Origin: Amoebidium appalachense | Taxonomy: Eukaryota > Protista > Ichthyosporea | Direction: 5' to 3' | DNA: 64,000 nt | Assembly: GCA_963693365.1 (NCBI GenBank) | Contig: CAVNZM010000011.1 | Span: forward strand, 2,030,989-2,094,988 | In this document: positions 26,518-61,010 of the stretch, piece by piece | How the letters are laid out: every line of letters starts with the position of its first letter | Numbering within the stretch: position 1 is the first letter of the stretch | Notes under the pieces: generated by a model | Told to the model about the DNA's origin: nothing | Seen by the model: the letters and a program-made list of their open reading frames with translations, nothing else | Database searches by the model: none | Program-made: the position numbers and the translations under genes

Positions 26518-26631
26518 TGTACCTTTGATGTGACGGTGAATGAGAGTTGGACTTGATCACCGTAGAAGACGGACTCGACATAGGGAGAGTCAAAGAGGGG
26601 TATCCGGCCTTGGTTGGTTGCTGGTGTGTGT

Positions 26632-26676
<45 letters not shown>

Positions 26677-26760
26677 TGTGTGCGTTGAGTGAGTGAGTGA
26701 GTGAGTGAGTAAGTGATTGAGTGAGTGAGTGAGTGAGTGAGTGAATGAGTGGGTGTGAGT

Positions 26761-26795
<35 letters not shown>

Positions 26796-26953
26796 TGTGA
26801 GTTTGAGTGTGTGTGTGTGTGCGTGTGTGTGTGCGTACGTGTGTGTGTGTGTGTGTATGACCGTGTGTGTGATATCTTTGTTTAGGGGTGTATTCATAAA
26901 CGTGTGGGTAGGAAAAACACATGGTGGCCTGATCGAAACAAGCACAAGCGTAA

Positions 26954-26987
<34 letters not shown>

Positions 26988-27547
26988 GAGCTGAAGCTGG
27001 TCTTATTCTCACACCTTCCCTTCCACCACAACACCCACCCTCACCAACGATAAATGCCAGCACACATGCAGACCCGGCCACACAATCTCATCCCGACCCC
27101 AACTCAACCTTGCCCAGACATTCACACAGTCACACCACACAGCCCCCCCCTCCCCCCCCTTCCCCCCCTCCCTCCCCGACCCACCCACCCACCCACCCAC
27201 CCACCGAGACAAGCCACTTACCCACATTCACTCCAATTCTGTATCGCAGAAAAAACAGTGTCTGCCTCATGACGAAGCTCTGCATTCCAAGAGCTTGGTC
27301 CCCGCCATACAAACTACCATATAAGGATATTGCCGTATCCTTAACCAATGGGAATAGGGGAACAAGGGTCTGGCTCTCGTCTTCAGCGCTTGCAGCTGAT
27401 TGGAGCATGGCGTGGAATGTGGACCCGGCATTGGGCGTGTGGTCGACATAGTGGAAGAAGGATGACGGCAGAACAATCGGGAACATGGTGATGTTTTGCG
27501 ACCTGGGTCGTTTGTGTAAGTTTTGATGGGAAGAGAGATAGGAAAAT

Positions 27548-27582
<35 letters not shown>

Positions 27583-27952
27583 GGTGTGTGTGTGTGTGTG
27601 TGTATGTTTGGAGGGGGGGGGGGGGGGGGGGGGGGGGTAGGGGGGTGGGGAAGGTTTTGATTGATGGTGTTGTGGTGGTAAAAGTGGTTGCTGAGAGATA
27701 AAAAAAAAAAGGGGGGGGGGGGGGGGGGGGGGGAGGAACAAGCATAACCGTATAGGTCTCACGGTTGGTGCTTAGAGGCCAAGAAGAGGTGTACACAGTG
27801 CTATGTGCCCCCCTCCCCTCTCTCTCCCCCCCCCCCCCTCCCCCCCCCCCAGTGCCATGTAGTCCCCCCCCCCCCACCTCCCCCCCAAACTGCCATGTCC
27901 CCCCCCCCCCCCCCCCCCCGCCCCTCTCCCCCCCCCATCCCAAAGTGCCATA

Positions 27953-27988
<36 letters not shown>

Positions 27989-28298
27989 CCCCCTCCTCCC
28001 CCCCCTCCCGATCTTCCCTTTCTTGAGGGCCGTTCTGCAAACCCAGTCTTTCATTCAAAACACTCACTTTTGCCGTGCCTCCTCACCACCATCCATACTT
28101 TCCCCAAACCTACACATTTCCACTTCTTCCCGCCCTAGTTGGGTGCATTGCAGGGTTTGGGCGGACAACAGAAAAGAACACGTTGTAGGTCACAGAGCAA
28201 AACACTTTGAGGACCGGCTGATGAAAGTGTGCATGTGTGTGTGAAAATGGGGGAGGGAAGAAAGGCATGTGTGTGAAGGGTATGGAAGGGGAAGGAGG

Positions 28299-28366
<68 letters not shown>

Positions 28367-29061
28367 CGCGCGCGTGTTTGGGGGGTGGAGGGGGGAGGGG
28401 GAGGGGGGGGGAGGGGTTACTTGTCCGTGATTGGCCGGATCACGTGGTCATCCAAATCATCGTGTGCATACAGTTGATTGCCCCTCCGGGCCCCAACCTC
28501 CCTCTTATATGATTCATCAAAGAAAACATTCGGAAGTGAATGACGAAACACCGTCGGTGGTCGTGTGAGATTCTGTCGCGTTTTTTGTGAGAGGTTGTCG
28601 GCTTCGTGTAGAAAAGAGGTGAATGCTTGAGGTAACGTGGAAGGCGGTTCCCTGTGTGTAAGAGCATGTGAGTCGATGATTGAGTGAGTGAGTGTTGGTG
28701 ATCGTGTGTATGCATGCATGTGTGTGCGCATATATGTACGTTTACGTGGAGATGTATGTGTGTGCACGAGTACGTGATTATGTGTAGCCTGGAAGGGTGT
28801 TCTCTGTGTGTGAGTGCACGGGCGGGTTCGTAAGAGGTATTCAGAGCCAGAACATGCAGAAGGGGTTCGTTGTGCCTGCAGGAAAAAGCTTCACATTTAG
28901 CTAGCTTTCAAACTACTGTTATGCTATGCCTGCACACGCGACAGAGCTAGTTATCTATGTGTACATGATGTATGTGATTGGCTGATTGAGTGGGCGAGTG
29001 ATTGAGTGAGTGAGTGATGAAAGTGAGTGAGGGAGTTAATGAGTGAGTGAGTGGGTCGAGT

Positions 29062-29095
<34 letters not shown>

Positions 29096-29307
29096 CCGTG
29101 TGTGTGTGTGTACGTGTGTGTGTACATGTACGCGCGAATGTGTGTGTGTCACGTTTGCACATGGCTTTCCCCTTCTCTTGTCGTTTTCTTTTTTCCTTTT
29201 GATCTTCTTCCCACTCCATTCTTTTCTCTTGTTTTTCTTCCTTTTTCTTCTCTTTTTCTTTTCTTATCTCATCTTTTCTTTCTTTTCTTCTTCTTCTTCT
29301 TTTTTTT

Positions 29308-29338
<31 letters not shown>

Positions 29339-29489
29339 GGGCTACTACATACCAGGGTGAAGGGGCTGAATGTATTCGCTCCACCAGTGTCTCTAACCTG
29401 GGTTGTAGAAAGAGCCAATCAACAATCACCTCCCAAGGGGGTGCCGCCAGGAGCAAAAACAACAGACACAACACCAAAATGTGCACCAT
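20870..29489 (-). CDS. Uncharacterised 730-aa membrane protein (N-terminal signal/TM, large middle domain, second TM, disordered tail)
   Basis: Ten phase-consistent GT-AG exons: 29489-29353, 28651-28421, 27502-27222, 26620-26523, 25706-25518, 24914-24711, 23887-23645, 22802-22714, 21952-21795, 21432-20870 (2193 nt, ends TAA). Starts MVHILVLCLLFLLLAA; TM segment TIFMVVSMIVLTYLLFGHIIHLLILG. Additional 5' exons are possible. Confidence 0.8.
24425..24688. repeat. Intronic minisatellite, 6 x 44 bp
   Basis: Unit cacactatccccacagccaaggtccagaataggcttatcccgcc starts at 24425, 24469, 24513, 24557, 24601 and 24645, with no spacers. Confidence 0.95.
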
Positions 29490-29501
29490 GATCGATGAGT
29501 C

Positions 29502-33030
<3,529 letters not shown>

Positions 33031-34929
33031 CTGCTCCTTTATCGCCGAGCTTGCACAGCCATTTTCTGAGTGTATCACCAACCCATACATACACACAAGT
33101 GTCTCAAAAGCCTTACTAACGTATTGTCAGGGTAGTCTTCTCAGTGCAGACGTGCAGTGACATCACGTATAGTCTGCAGTTTATGAGACGGAAGCACACC
33201 TGCCATTTATAGAAATGACGCTTTCCTTTTTAGAACATTGCCATTATCTGGTTGGCTCATCCTGCACCACTTCAAGAGCCACTTGCTTGTGATCATGACC
33301 AGCCCTTGACCAGCCAGAGTACGTACTGTAGGTGCATGGCCTGTTCAAAGAGAGAGAGAGAGAATGGAGGAGTATGTATGTAACTACTGTGGGTGAAGAG
33401 GTTAAAAATTCTATTATATGTATGTAGGGTAGGGCATGTAGGGCATGCATCCTTTTTTTCATTTAGCGAGTACTGATGGTGGGCACGGCCGCCGCCAGAT
33501 GCAGCCAGGGTTGGGCTTGAGTTCGCCAGCTTAACCGTATCGCCCTTTGGCAAATCGTAACGGACAATTTCTTAATCGAAATGGTGGGTTCTTGGGGAGT
33601 TACAAGCCCCGCCTAAAACGCCCCTCCAGTCGCAAAACTCAAAATACGTGTTTTTGCAAATTGAGGACCGCAAGATTACAAGCTCTGGAAACTTATCGGG
33701 GCTCGATATTGCACATGAAAAGCACTGTAGATATGTTCTTGGGGGGGAATGTGCTGTTCTTGAACAGAAATTTCGAAAAATTAGGGAAAATTACATATTC
33801 AAGCGTTTATAATGCTACACACCTGATACGAAAGCTGTTACGAGGGTGTACCCTGACCTTATTCGTATCGGGGTCTCTGTTCGTTAATCGTAATAACGAC
33901 GATTTTTTTTCTCGTAATCCCTACCCTGGATGCAGCGGGAATTCAGCCAATCAAAGCAAACTCATTTCAGGGATAAAAACACGAAAACATTCGGATATGT
34001 TGGATTTCGTTTTCTACATAAAAGATCTGTGAAGCAACTGGAAAGAAGATATATTACGGCAGTATGGTTTGCTAAATGGTCATAAAAGCGTTCAAAATGT
34101 CGTCCCTGGATCTGAAAATCTTTGCGGCAATATGATTGGTTTTCACTTTTGGAACCCTCAAATAGCCCGCGGTAGGGCTTCACAAACTTTTACGACGGTG
34201 TTGTAAACGTTGTATGCATAGGTGTTTGTACTTGTACTTGTAATCACTCACAGTATATGACCAGGTTAGTCAAAAACCTCATAGAGACACTAGGAGGGTC
34301 TAGCTTCATCTTTTAGTGAATGTGATTGTTGTTCTGCCTGGTATAAGATTGCTATCTTGGTGGATCTTGCAAGGCTGCAGGTTGGGAGCTCCCACACTGG
34401 CCAGCTTTGAGCACACAAGATCCTGCTTAGCAAAAACCAGGGAAATGGCCTGACCTTTGTAGTTTTTTTGGCTAAATAGTTATGCTAAATTAAATTTATA
34501 TTTGACGTTTTATCGCCGAGTCCTTCACAACCCAACTGCAAGTAGGTTGGTTTAAGCCCATCACATTAGAACGTCCAAAGTCCACTGATAATCTTCTGGT
34601 GAAATGTGATCCGGTGACGTTTTGAGATTGAAGCCAAGGAGTTCTCCATTACACCTCTTTGACTGTGACATACGCATTACATTTGGTTGTAGTGATTGTC
34701 CTGGTCATCCTGCAATCAATGTATAATCATCTACCCAGGGGCGGTGAAACCCATAGGTTAACTTGGTAAGTAACTGTTCGGTTCGTTGCCCCTTACCTGT
34801 TGGACAGGTCACTGTGTAGCAATGCTTGAAAGGCATGCGCACATGTGATTCCGAGGTTGAGGACTTGAGGGGCCAAAAAAAGGTAATATTTCCATATATA
34901 TGCACGTCTTTGCCGGCTTTCGTTGCTGG

Positions 34930-34995
<66 letters not shown>

Positions 34996-35090
34996 CAACA
35001 CAACCATACTCACCCACACACCTTTCCACCCTAACATGTACTGACGTGTTGCCGCACGTGCGACGTTATACATCTACTTGGTCCCTTTTT

Positions 35091-35125
<35 letters not shown>

Positions 35126-35517
35126 AAAGGGAGACACCGCCTCAGTAGGTGGTAGCTTTCCACCGGTGTTCCCATCTTCTTCACGCGCTCTAGGCCGCTT
35201 ACTTTCAGCTGCATCTGCCTACTCACTGTACAATTTACAATTGACGCTGTCGCAGGTAGAGTCAGAACAAGGTGTAATCTGGTAGATCTGCGACTCCATT
35301 CTTCGCCTTTCGTTATCGAACGTAGAGCTTAATGTACTACTATCTCGGGTATTTGTAGATCTGAACATTTTCTTCCAATGTATCATTCATGTGAGGCCGT
35401 ACCAAGTATAGATTTCCAGTGCGAATTATATATGTATTGAGCCGTTTGGGGTTTATGCGGCCGAGCATGTGTGCTTGAGCTCCCCCCCCCCCCCCCCCCC
35501 CCCCCTTCCCCCTTTTT

Positions 35518-35548
<31 letters not shown>

Positions 35549-35659
35549 GGGGGGGAGGGGGGAGGGGGGAGGGGGGGGGAGGGAGGTTGTGGTGTGTTGT
35601 ATGTGTTTGTGTTCGCGCGAGGGTGTATGTGATTTGGCGCGCAAAGAAGAGGCAGGGGT

Positions 35660-35706
<47 letters not shown>

Positions 35707-35918
35707 TGGGGGGAAACCGATTTAGAAAGAAGGTCAAGCATGGTCTATTTTTCAGTGTGTTCTTTATGCCTCGACAGGGCTTTGTTTGTGCACGTCAATA
35801 CTGGCGTGGCTATATGTGCTCATGTGTGCAGGTTGTCCTGTTAAGTTATATGCAATCCCTTATTCCTTCCCCGTAGGTCACTTCCGAAGTTATACATTCT
35901 CTTGCCGTGCCTTCCCCC

Positions 35919-35949
<31 letters not shown>

Positions 35950-36279
35950 AAAAAAAATGTGCACACACGCACATGTACACCGAACATCCATACATGCAGG
36001 TGTGGGCATGTTATATGTGCACACACTATCAGACCATCAACCTCACAGACGTCTGGGCCACACAACAACACACATAAAAATGCACGCAGGCACTCCTGCA
36101 ATAGAAATTTTCGTGACACCCCCCTCTCCCATTTACAGCCACAGCACACAAGCACAGTCAAACATATGCCATTAGGAGGAGAAACCACGAACTCCTTTTC
36201 TACATTGGGCCTGGAGAGCTGAAAACTTATATTCCACAGGCCAGGCTGCCTTCTGTATGCCATTCAGTAAAGGTTGAAG

Positions 36280-52824
<16,545 letters not shown>

Positions 52825-53185
52825 CCTGCAGCGGGCCCGGCCCAGGAGGGCCTCAGATGTGGTACAACTTCCTCCAGCAGCAGCAAAACCTGAGCCTGTG
52901 GCACTTCGGACCACTGACACGCGAGTGTCCCACTTACGGTATTGAAACTTGCCACTTTGCTCGGCCCGTGCTACAGTAGTGACTTAGACTAAGTAACTAG
53001 TTACTGTAACGGTATGTACCAGAACTCTCGAGCAAGGTGAGCTGACTCTGATACTGTACAGGGGGTGACTGAAATTAAGATCATTGGTACTTTGAAAATA
53101 GGGGCTAATTATCTTATTTTTTCAGGGACCGTAGCCTAAATGCTATATTTTCACTTGGGGTGGGTTGTGTCCCGCACGGAGAGCT

Positions 53186-53246
<61 letters not shown>

Positions 53247-53253
53247 TTCTATT

Positions 53254-53295
53254 CTTAAAAAAGGAGCCGACTTTATGCTTAAAAAAGGAGCCGAC
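53254..53295. repeat. Short tandem direct repeat cttaaaaaaggagccgac x2
   Basis: Direct reading. Confidence 0.8.
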
Positions 53296-53476
53296 CATGC
53301 CGCGGCTAGCTTAAGGGCAATTATCTCAAACAAGACCTCAAACACTGATCTTACACACACAAACACACAAAGTCCAATCAATGGTGGTTCCGGCAGCCGG
53401 GGCACATGTGGCTCAGTTCAAATAGCATACATACCACGGTGATGTGTGCACATAAGGCGCACTTACCAACGTGTGT

Positions 53477-53507
<31 letters not shown>

Positions 53508-53575
53508 GGGGGGAGGGGGGGGAGGGGGAGGGGGGAGGGGGGGGGGGGGGAGGGGGAGAGGGGGGGGGGGGGGGG

Positions 53576-53641
<66 letters not shown>

Positions 53642-53892
53642 ATGTGTGTGTGCATGTGTGTGGTTGTGTCTGCACACGGGCTGCACGTATGTGTAAATAT
53701 ATATGTTTGTGTATGTGTTTGAATTTAGTCGATGTGTATGCACGCCTGCGCGTCACTGGGCACTGCACGAATGCATCTTTGTGTGTGACAGTCTGACCCA
53801 TGCTTGTGTGTGCGCGTGGACGGTGCGAGTATGATCCCCCATGTACATCTCTCTTTCTCCCTCTCCCTCCCCCCCTCCCTCCCTCCCTCCCT

Positions 53893-53937
<45 letters not shown>

Positions 53938-54151
53938 CCCCCCTCCCCCCCCCCCCTCCCCCCCCCCTCCCCCTCCCTCTGTCCCACTTTCTCTCACTCT
54001 CTCACCTTCTTTCTCTCGCTCTCTCTCGAGGCTCTCTCTCTTGAGATCTCTCTCTTAAATCAGACGCTCCCTTTCTCCCCGTGTGTGTGTGCGTACATGC
54101 GTGTATGCGTGTGTGCGCGCACGTGTGCCCGCGCGCGCGTATCTCGGTGTG

Positions 54152-54192
<41 letters not shown>

Positions 54193-54509
54193 TGTGTTTG
54201 TGGGTGTACGGTGCTTTATGATACTATGTGTTTGTGTGTGCTTGACAATGCTTGATAGTGTGTCCATATATGATCTGTTCGTCCATGAGTGGCGCTGAGT
54301 CTGTGTGTGAGTACGAGCAACATGTTCTTGTGCACTGGCACACGTCACTTAGTAGTGTGCCCATGCCCGCGCCCATAGCAGTATAATGTAGGTTTTTTGA
54401 CTTTCGAATTCGATTGCATCGGCTAGTAGTAAATATTGAAAATCGTACTACGCCCAAATTTTTTATTTTTATTTTTTATTTTTTATTTATTTTTTATTTA
54501 TTTTTCTTT

Positions 54510-54559
<50 letters not shown>

Positions 54560-55141
54560 GGCTAGTGCCGGACTGACAGTCTGTCACAGTGTAAGCCTTC
54601 CTAACCTTTAAAGATGGATACATAATTTAAAGCCTGATGGTATGCCGAAATCTGTGTCCAATATAATAGTGACCAATTTCAGTCGTTGGTGGGTTCGTGG
54701 ATTGGTTCCGGGGACCTCGTTTTTTTTTTTTTTTTTTTTTTTTTTTGGGGTGGGGGGGGGGGGGGGGGGGAGGAGGGAAGGGGTGGGGACGGGGGGAGGG
54801 GGAGGCTACTTCCCATGTGGGTGCACCGGTGGGTCCCCCCACCCCCTCCCCCTCCCCAACACCCCCTTGAGTCAAAAAAGTTGGTGGCTCGAATGATTAT
54901 CCCCCCCCCCCCCCCCCCCCCCCGGCCCCCCATTGTGACACTCAGAGTTTGAAACCAGGGTGGTGAGACCGGTGTAGCGTTGATTAGCAATGCATAAAGT
55001 TCTCACTAGCCGAAAAAACATTGTCACTATTAGCTCACCCCTTGTTCTGTGCAGCATCCCCCCCTCCCCCCCGTTGATAAATATCCAAGCGGCTGATCTA
55101 CCCTTGAAAAATAGAGTCGATTACATGAGGGCACGTACGTG

Positions 55142-55181
55142 CGTACCCGGTTGACGTCACACGTACCCGGTCGACGTCACA
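55142..55181. repeat. 20-bp tandem repeat containing a CRE-like TGACGTCA
   Basis: cgtacccggt(t/c)gacgtcaca occurs twice. Confidence 0.75.
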
Positions 55182-57969
55182 GTCCACGGCCGTGGCGCCA
55201 AGAAGTCCACGCGTCACAGTGATCGACGATCACCGATATGCCTCGTGCTCACTGAAAACGCACAACTTGATAAACGGCACTTATCATGAGCAAATAGCTG
55301 CCAGCCGCCATGCACATACGTGACATTGGGATGATTCATCTGGCTATGATGTACAGAAATGTGGATCTATTTCCAGGCTGTTGAGTAAGTTGTGTACCAG
55401 GCACCACTGACTGGCGCCAGGGCCAAGAAAATGATACACACACGCGTAATAAACTTCGCACTGCCAGTGACTTCGCATACATATCACCGCGGGTGTCACA
55501 GTGCGCACCCGTTAGATCAAGGTCGGTCTTTTCGCCAGGACCGTCTTCGTTCGTGTGACATCATAATACTGTCAACACAGCATAAACCTTCATGGAGACG
55601 GACGGAATCCACAATTGAAAACACATCTACATGCTATGGTATGTACAGTGTGATATGTATGTACACGATGATACGTAGTGAGTATGTTGCGCAATTGCCG
55701 CAATTGCGGCAAAAGGCATAAGTATAGGGCGGGACCGGAATATATCTGAACTATTGTGCGGGTATATTTTTTATAAAACAATAAAAAAAGTAGGAAGTTA
55801 TTGTCTTAGTCCGGAGGACTCCGGCTTCCTTCTTAGCAGGCCTGGCTAGAAGAGTCACATACCGAGCTCGGATTAATGTGCTGTACATGTTTATAAATGT
55901 TGATAATATTATTAGTATAAGGGGGAATTCTAATGTGCTGTTTATTAACAACATGTAGGTGAGCTGTGATATGATACATATAGCTTGTTTGTTATCAATA
56001 TCGACATCATACACGTGAGCCGCCGTGCGCACTCCAGAGCCAGTGGTGTGCGATCATCGCATTGATGATCAATGAATATGGCCTTGGCTTCCATGCATTG
56101 CACTACAGTATACGTACATTCATAGTATGATGCAACAAAGCACCGTAACGTACATACTATGATATCATAGATATATAGGTCAGCTCTAATGATTATCAAA
56201 TATTTAAATATTTATGCTATCATGGCGGCCGCGACCGTCTCGATCAGGGCCTGGTGACCGTGGGCCCCATGGCCATCGAACCGTGTAGAGGCCCTTCTTC
56301 GATCTTCCATACATGGGATGGTGACATCACCACGTGCGCACTGATCATCATGATCATCACATCTGTTGAACTAAAACATGTGGCGCGGGGCAATTTTGAT
56401 GTTGCAACTCCTAATACGTAATGTAGACAGTATCACAGCTGCCAGTACTACTCTAATAAGATATTAGCTGCAGGCCAATTACACATACTAAGACGTAGTC
56501 GAAATAGTGAACCCGAATACGCATGAGTCCCCCAAAACCTCAGGACGAGTCGTGTGTGCGCCGCTATCACGGTCACTGTGATACTCATTGGGCTGCACAG
56601 CCACCTCCTGTATGTAGTCTTCTTCAGCGTGACCGTTTTTTATTCCAATCTTAAAGGGCTTATAGGGACTCAAGTCAGGAGCAACTCCGACGCGTACATA
56701 GGACTGCACGAATATAGTTGAAAGCAAAACCTGTTGTATACACGTAGATATAGTCGATCTATAGATCTAGCTTAGCCTAGCTATAGCTAGATTAAATAAT
56801 TCTGATTATATAATACTACGTGCTATGCGAATTTCCACCTAACAAGGCATATACTAGAAAACGACCTTAAAAATTTTAACTTTCATACACTATATGTTGA
56901 GTGTGTTTTTTTTCTATCTTATTGAAGCTATAAAAAAAGAAAAACTCCTTGATGAAATGCAATGAAATAAATAATTAAAAAAGTGTGTAAACCCCAATTA
57001 TATACCCAATACGCAAGATACTTCCCGGGAGGAGTGTCAGGGGACTTTCATGACGTTTCTGCAGCCAATCAAAAAGGGATGTCTTTGGAAAATTTCATTG
57101 GGCGCCAGGACCATGTAGAAAAAGCAGCTATGCACATTGCGTAGATGGAGACTTGGACTCCCCCCCCCCCATCCTCCCTCAATTTGAGTCTTCTTTATAA
57201 TTTTTGGTAAATCCACATTATTCTTCAGTCTTTTATTGAGTATTTGGTTGTTCAAATAGCAGCTGTACATATAATGTGGAGTAATTTCCTGTGACTATGG
57301 CACGTGCAGCTCAGCTCATTGTGCGGCTCTCGACGGTCTCGAAGATTTTTATTGAGATGGCTCTAGAGGAATTCGCATGCCTGATTCTAAATACTGCAGC
57401 TATCTGTTCAAAATCGCAATTGCAGATATTCCTATCAAGTTTCAACTAATAGAAGTTTGGAAATCGGCTTCACTACACTTAGGCGATGTCAATTTGTATT
57501 CATCAAACACGTATAACTCATTTTATTTGGAATTCGAGTAGTGGATCAGTTATGTTATGCATTCCATTATTGTTCAATCGTCAAGTGTAGGGGGATTGTG
57601 CCAATAAAATGACAACCCCTGCACGTGCAACTTTTGCATTCACCGGGCTTCTATCTGTGTTGGATAAGTTCAAATCAGCATCGTGCCCTGGGGTAAACTT
57701 TTCTGGGTGGTAAACAAGAATTACATTCAATGCGATAATCTTATAGAGCCTACATCTCTACTTTATTTCTCCGAATGCAACATTTTTGCTGCTCGAAACC
57801 CCTGCTGTTGGCATATACGAGACGCGGAATATGTAACACTTACATGAACTGTACTGGCTTGGCCTTGATAACGTATCAGGTCGTTCGTTGAGCTTATACA
57901 CCTGCCCTGATGCGCATACACATAAATGGGTATTGGGTGTCCACATTCCATTGCCACACGGGTATATGA

Positions 57970-58167
57970 CTTGGGGTTTACGCTGTTTACTCGAGGCAAA
58001 GAGAACCAGTCTCAGGTATGGGGGGGGGGGTTTTGCTCGGAATATCCCCTCAGCGGTATATCATGATCACGTACATAGATGTCGGGTGGTGACTATATAT
58101 CAGGGTTTACTTTCTCTACGAGACACCATAAAGACTACAAGGAGAAATCAATTAGTTGGGGTTCCCC

Positions 58168-58236
<69 letters not shown>
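57970..58236 (+). repeat. Dispersed repeat (inverted copy of 9730-9950) followed by a long poly-T
   Basis: Reverse-complement match to 9730-9950; T-run at ~58169-58236. Confidence 0.85.
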
Positions 58237-58239
<3 letters not shown>

Positions 58240-58724
58240 TGACTTCGGCCGGAGCTCAACACACAACCGCGGGGCACAACTTGGCCAGTGAGAATTCGAG
58301 TTGAGCCTGACGGTGACAACATCAAGTTTGTGACAAAATAGCAGAACAGAAAGTCGAACCACCGCCAGTGTTGAGTAGATTCGCACGCAGTTATCCTTTT
58401 ACCCTGTTGGCCACAACCCGGTCTGGAGGCGTAATTAAAGATTTGTACGCCCTTTGCAACAGTCACGATCACGGGCCGGCCATTTGCCAGTCTGTAACGA
58501 AACCAAACAAGCATTTCACCGTATACGTAACTACGGTAACGGATCATGTTTTTGTTCACCTGTCCTATTGCTACCGGTGATTTATTCAGTTTTTAGACAT
58601 CACAGTTCTTCTGCAGTGTGACGGGGGAACCTTAAAGCCTTTCCCCTTTTGTGAGACTAGGTCTTGATAATCTGTTGAACATCACAAGCGCCTTCAGCAC
58701 CATCACCACAGCCACACGTGAACC

Positions 58725-60728
58725 ATGCTTCAGGCCGTCTCCCTCCATTCCGAGTCACCTTGGCGCCCTTGGAACACACACGGCCACTCATACTCCAAAG
58801 ACGCCAGTGACCTACGTGACGAACACGACAGCGGAGTGGCCAGCATGGAGTCCACAGCCCCGCCTCCACTGTCAGTTACTCGACGGGATCCCTCCTTCAC
58901 CTCGTTCGACTACGCACACGCATCTACGCCTAAGGGGTCTCCTATGGATCTGGGTGATGAGCCGTCCGTGCCACCCGCACGTAGGTCGTATTCCGACGTG
59001 AGTTACCAAGGAGAGCCAGCAGCATATCACGACGAATATGAACGACGCGTGCAATACGACTCGAGATATCTGGGGGAGGTTGGCAGCAGCGGGCGCATTA
59101 GTGTGGACCGTCTTTCAGTGGCGCCCAAATACACAGACAAGCACTACTATAACAAACACGACTCATACAACGGCTATCCGGCCTCACGGTCAGAAGCCAG
59201 TTATCACAGCACAAAGGCCGGCCGGCGGCCTTCATACTCGGACACACCGCACCCATACTCCCCTGGTGCTGCCTCTGCCAGTGAGAGACAGTACAGGGGG
59301 AGGGGGGGCGCACGTGGCTACTATGAGGATGATTACACTGCAAGGCCGAGCACACTGTCAAGAGACTCCCACTACTTCAGGAGTGCCGATCATCTGCCGA
59401 GGCGGTCTCCCCCATACTGGCGACATACAGGCAAGTGCTTGGCACACCGGACAATAGATCGTTGGGATAATAACTGTTTAGGCCTGGGAATTTTTTGTCC
59501 GGGAGGTATTCCAAGGGAGCAAGGGGGGGGGGGGGGGGGGGGGGGGGTTGTTTCGGGACGAAGTTAACTAACTCCAACGAGGAGAGCTTAAACTTTTTTG
59601 TGACTAATCCAACTGATGGTAACGTCATCTCACTGGGTTCTGACATCTGTGTTCGTCACACAGGTGATGCGCACAGCGAAGTTCCACCCACCGCCCTGTA
59701 CGAGTCAGCGCCCACCCTTCCAGCATTTTCCAGCAGCTACCGATACTCCCGTGAGTCTGTGCGTGACCGGCCCTACCTGAGCCCCTACGACCGCCCTCAG
59801 CCCAGCCGCCGCCACAGTATGGACCACAACACCAGCCTGGCCGAGCGAACAGACGCACCAACACACCCCTCCTCCATATTCTCCCGGTCCGCACATTCCT
59901 TTGGAACTATGCCCCTGGGCAGCCGCCCAAGGGACTACCCCGCCGGCGACTGGGAACGGCCGCGTAATGAGTCTTTGCACCGTTATGGAGAGTTTGCAAG
60001 TGGCCGCAACAGCAACGCCAGTGTGGAGCCTATGGAGAGCCCAAGGAGGCAGCGGCTGAATGGTTTGCGCAAACACGGCTCATCCTATATGCAGGAGGGC
60101 GAGCAGGGGGGGGATTTGCACTCTCCACCAAGCAACGGGGAGGCACTGAGGGGCATGGGGTCGGACACAGCAAGTGGGCCTGGGCGTGTGTCCTCGCCTG
60201 TGGACGATGGCAGCGTAGGATCGGAAGAGCCAAGGGTATGCACTCCTTTCTTCCCCCTCCGGTTAGCTCAGGTTTTTAACAATCAGTTTCGCAAATTTGA
60301 AAGCGAATGATTCGTGAAGGTTGCCTAGATGGTGGTGGTGTGGGTGACGCCTTTCTTTTTGTGGGGAGTGGGATCCGGAGGAGGGGGTCATAGGGAGCAT
60401 GCTCAAGGAGAATTTGCCATAGATTACAGGCTGAAGCCGAGGCTAAGCAAAACACTAGCGCTCGTGGCAAGTATATGCCTTTACTGTTGGCCCGGTGAAG
60501 TGCACTTTAAGCTAGTGTGACCCAGAATATTCTACTTCTATTTTTGTGTGACCCCCCCCCCCCCCCCCCCCCCCCCCCCAAAGAGAGAGGTGTCGAACTT
60601 CGAAAAGGTCAACTCATAGCTGTGCCCCCACAGGTGTCTGTTCCCAACAGTCGCAGAAAGAAGCCCCCCATAGTCAGGACTGACCGCCCGTGCTCCCACT
60701 GTGGCACCACCGAGGTAAGACTCGTTCC

Positions 60729-60811
<83 letters not shown>

Positions 60812-60961
60812 GGGGAAACAAAAAAAAGAAGCTTTCAGTGAAAAATGAAAACGAAATAGGTGGGGAAAAAACACCTACAATAAGACGTGAAATGCGGACA
60901 CTGTGCGTGGCCATGTCCAGAGTCCCTCCTTCCTCTGCCCCGCCCGGCCCCCCTCTGAGAC

Positions 60962-61010
<49 letters not shown>

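Noticed and set aside
33547-34032. 161-aa ORF
   Set aside because: Non-ATG start and no motif; it lies in the likely divergent promoter region.
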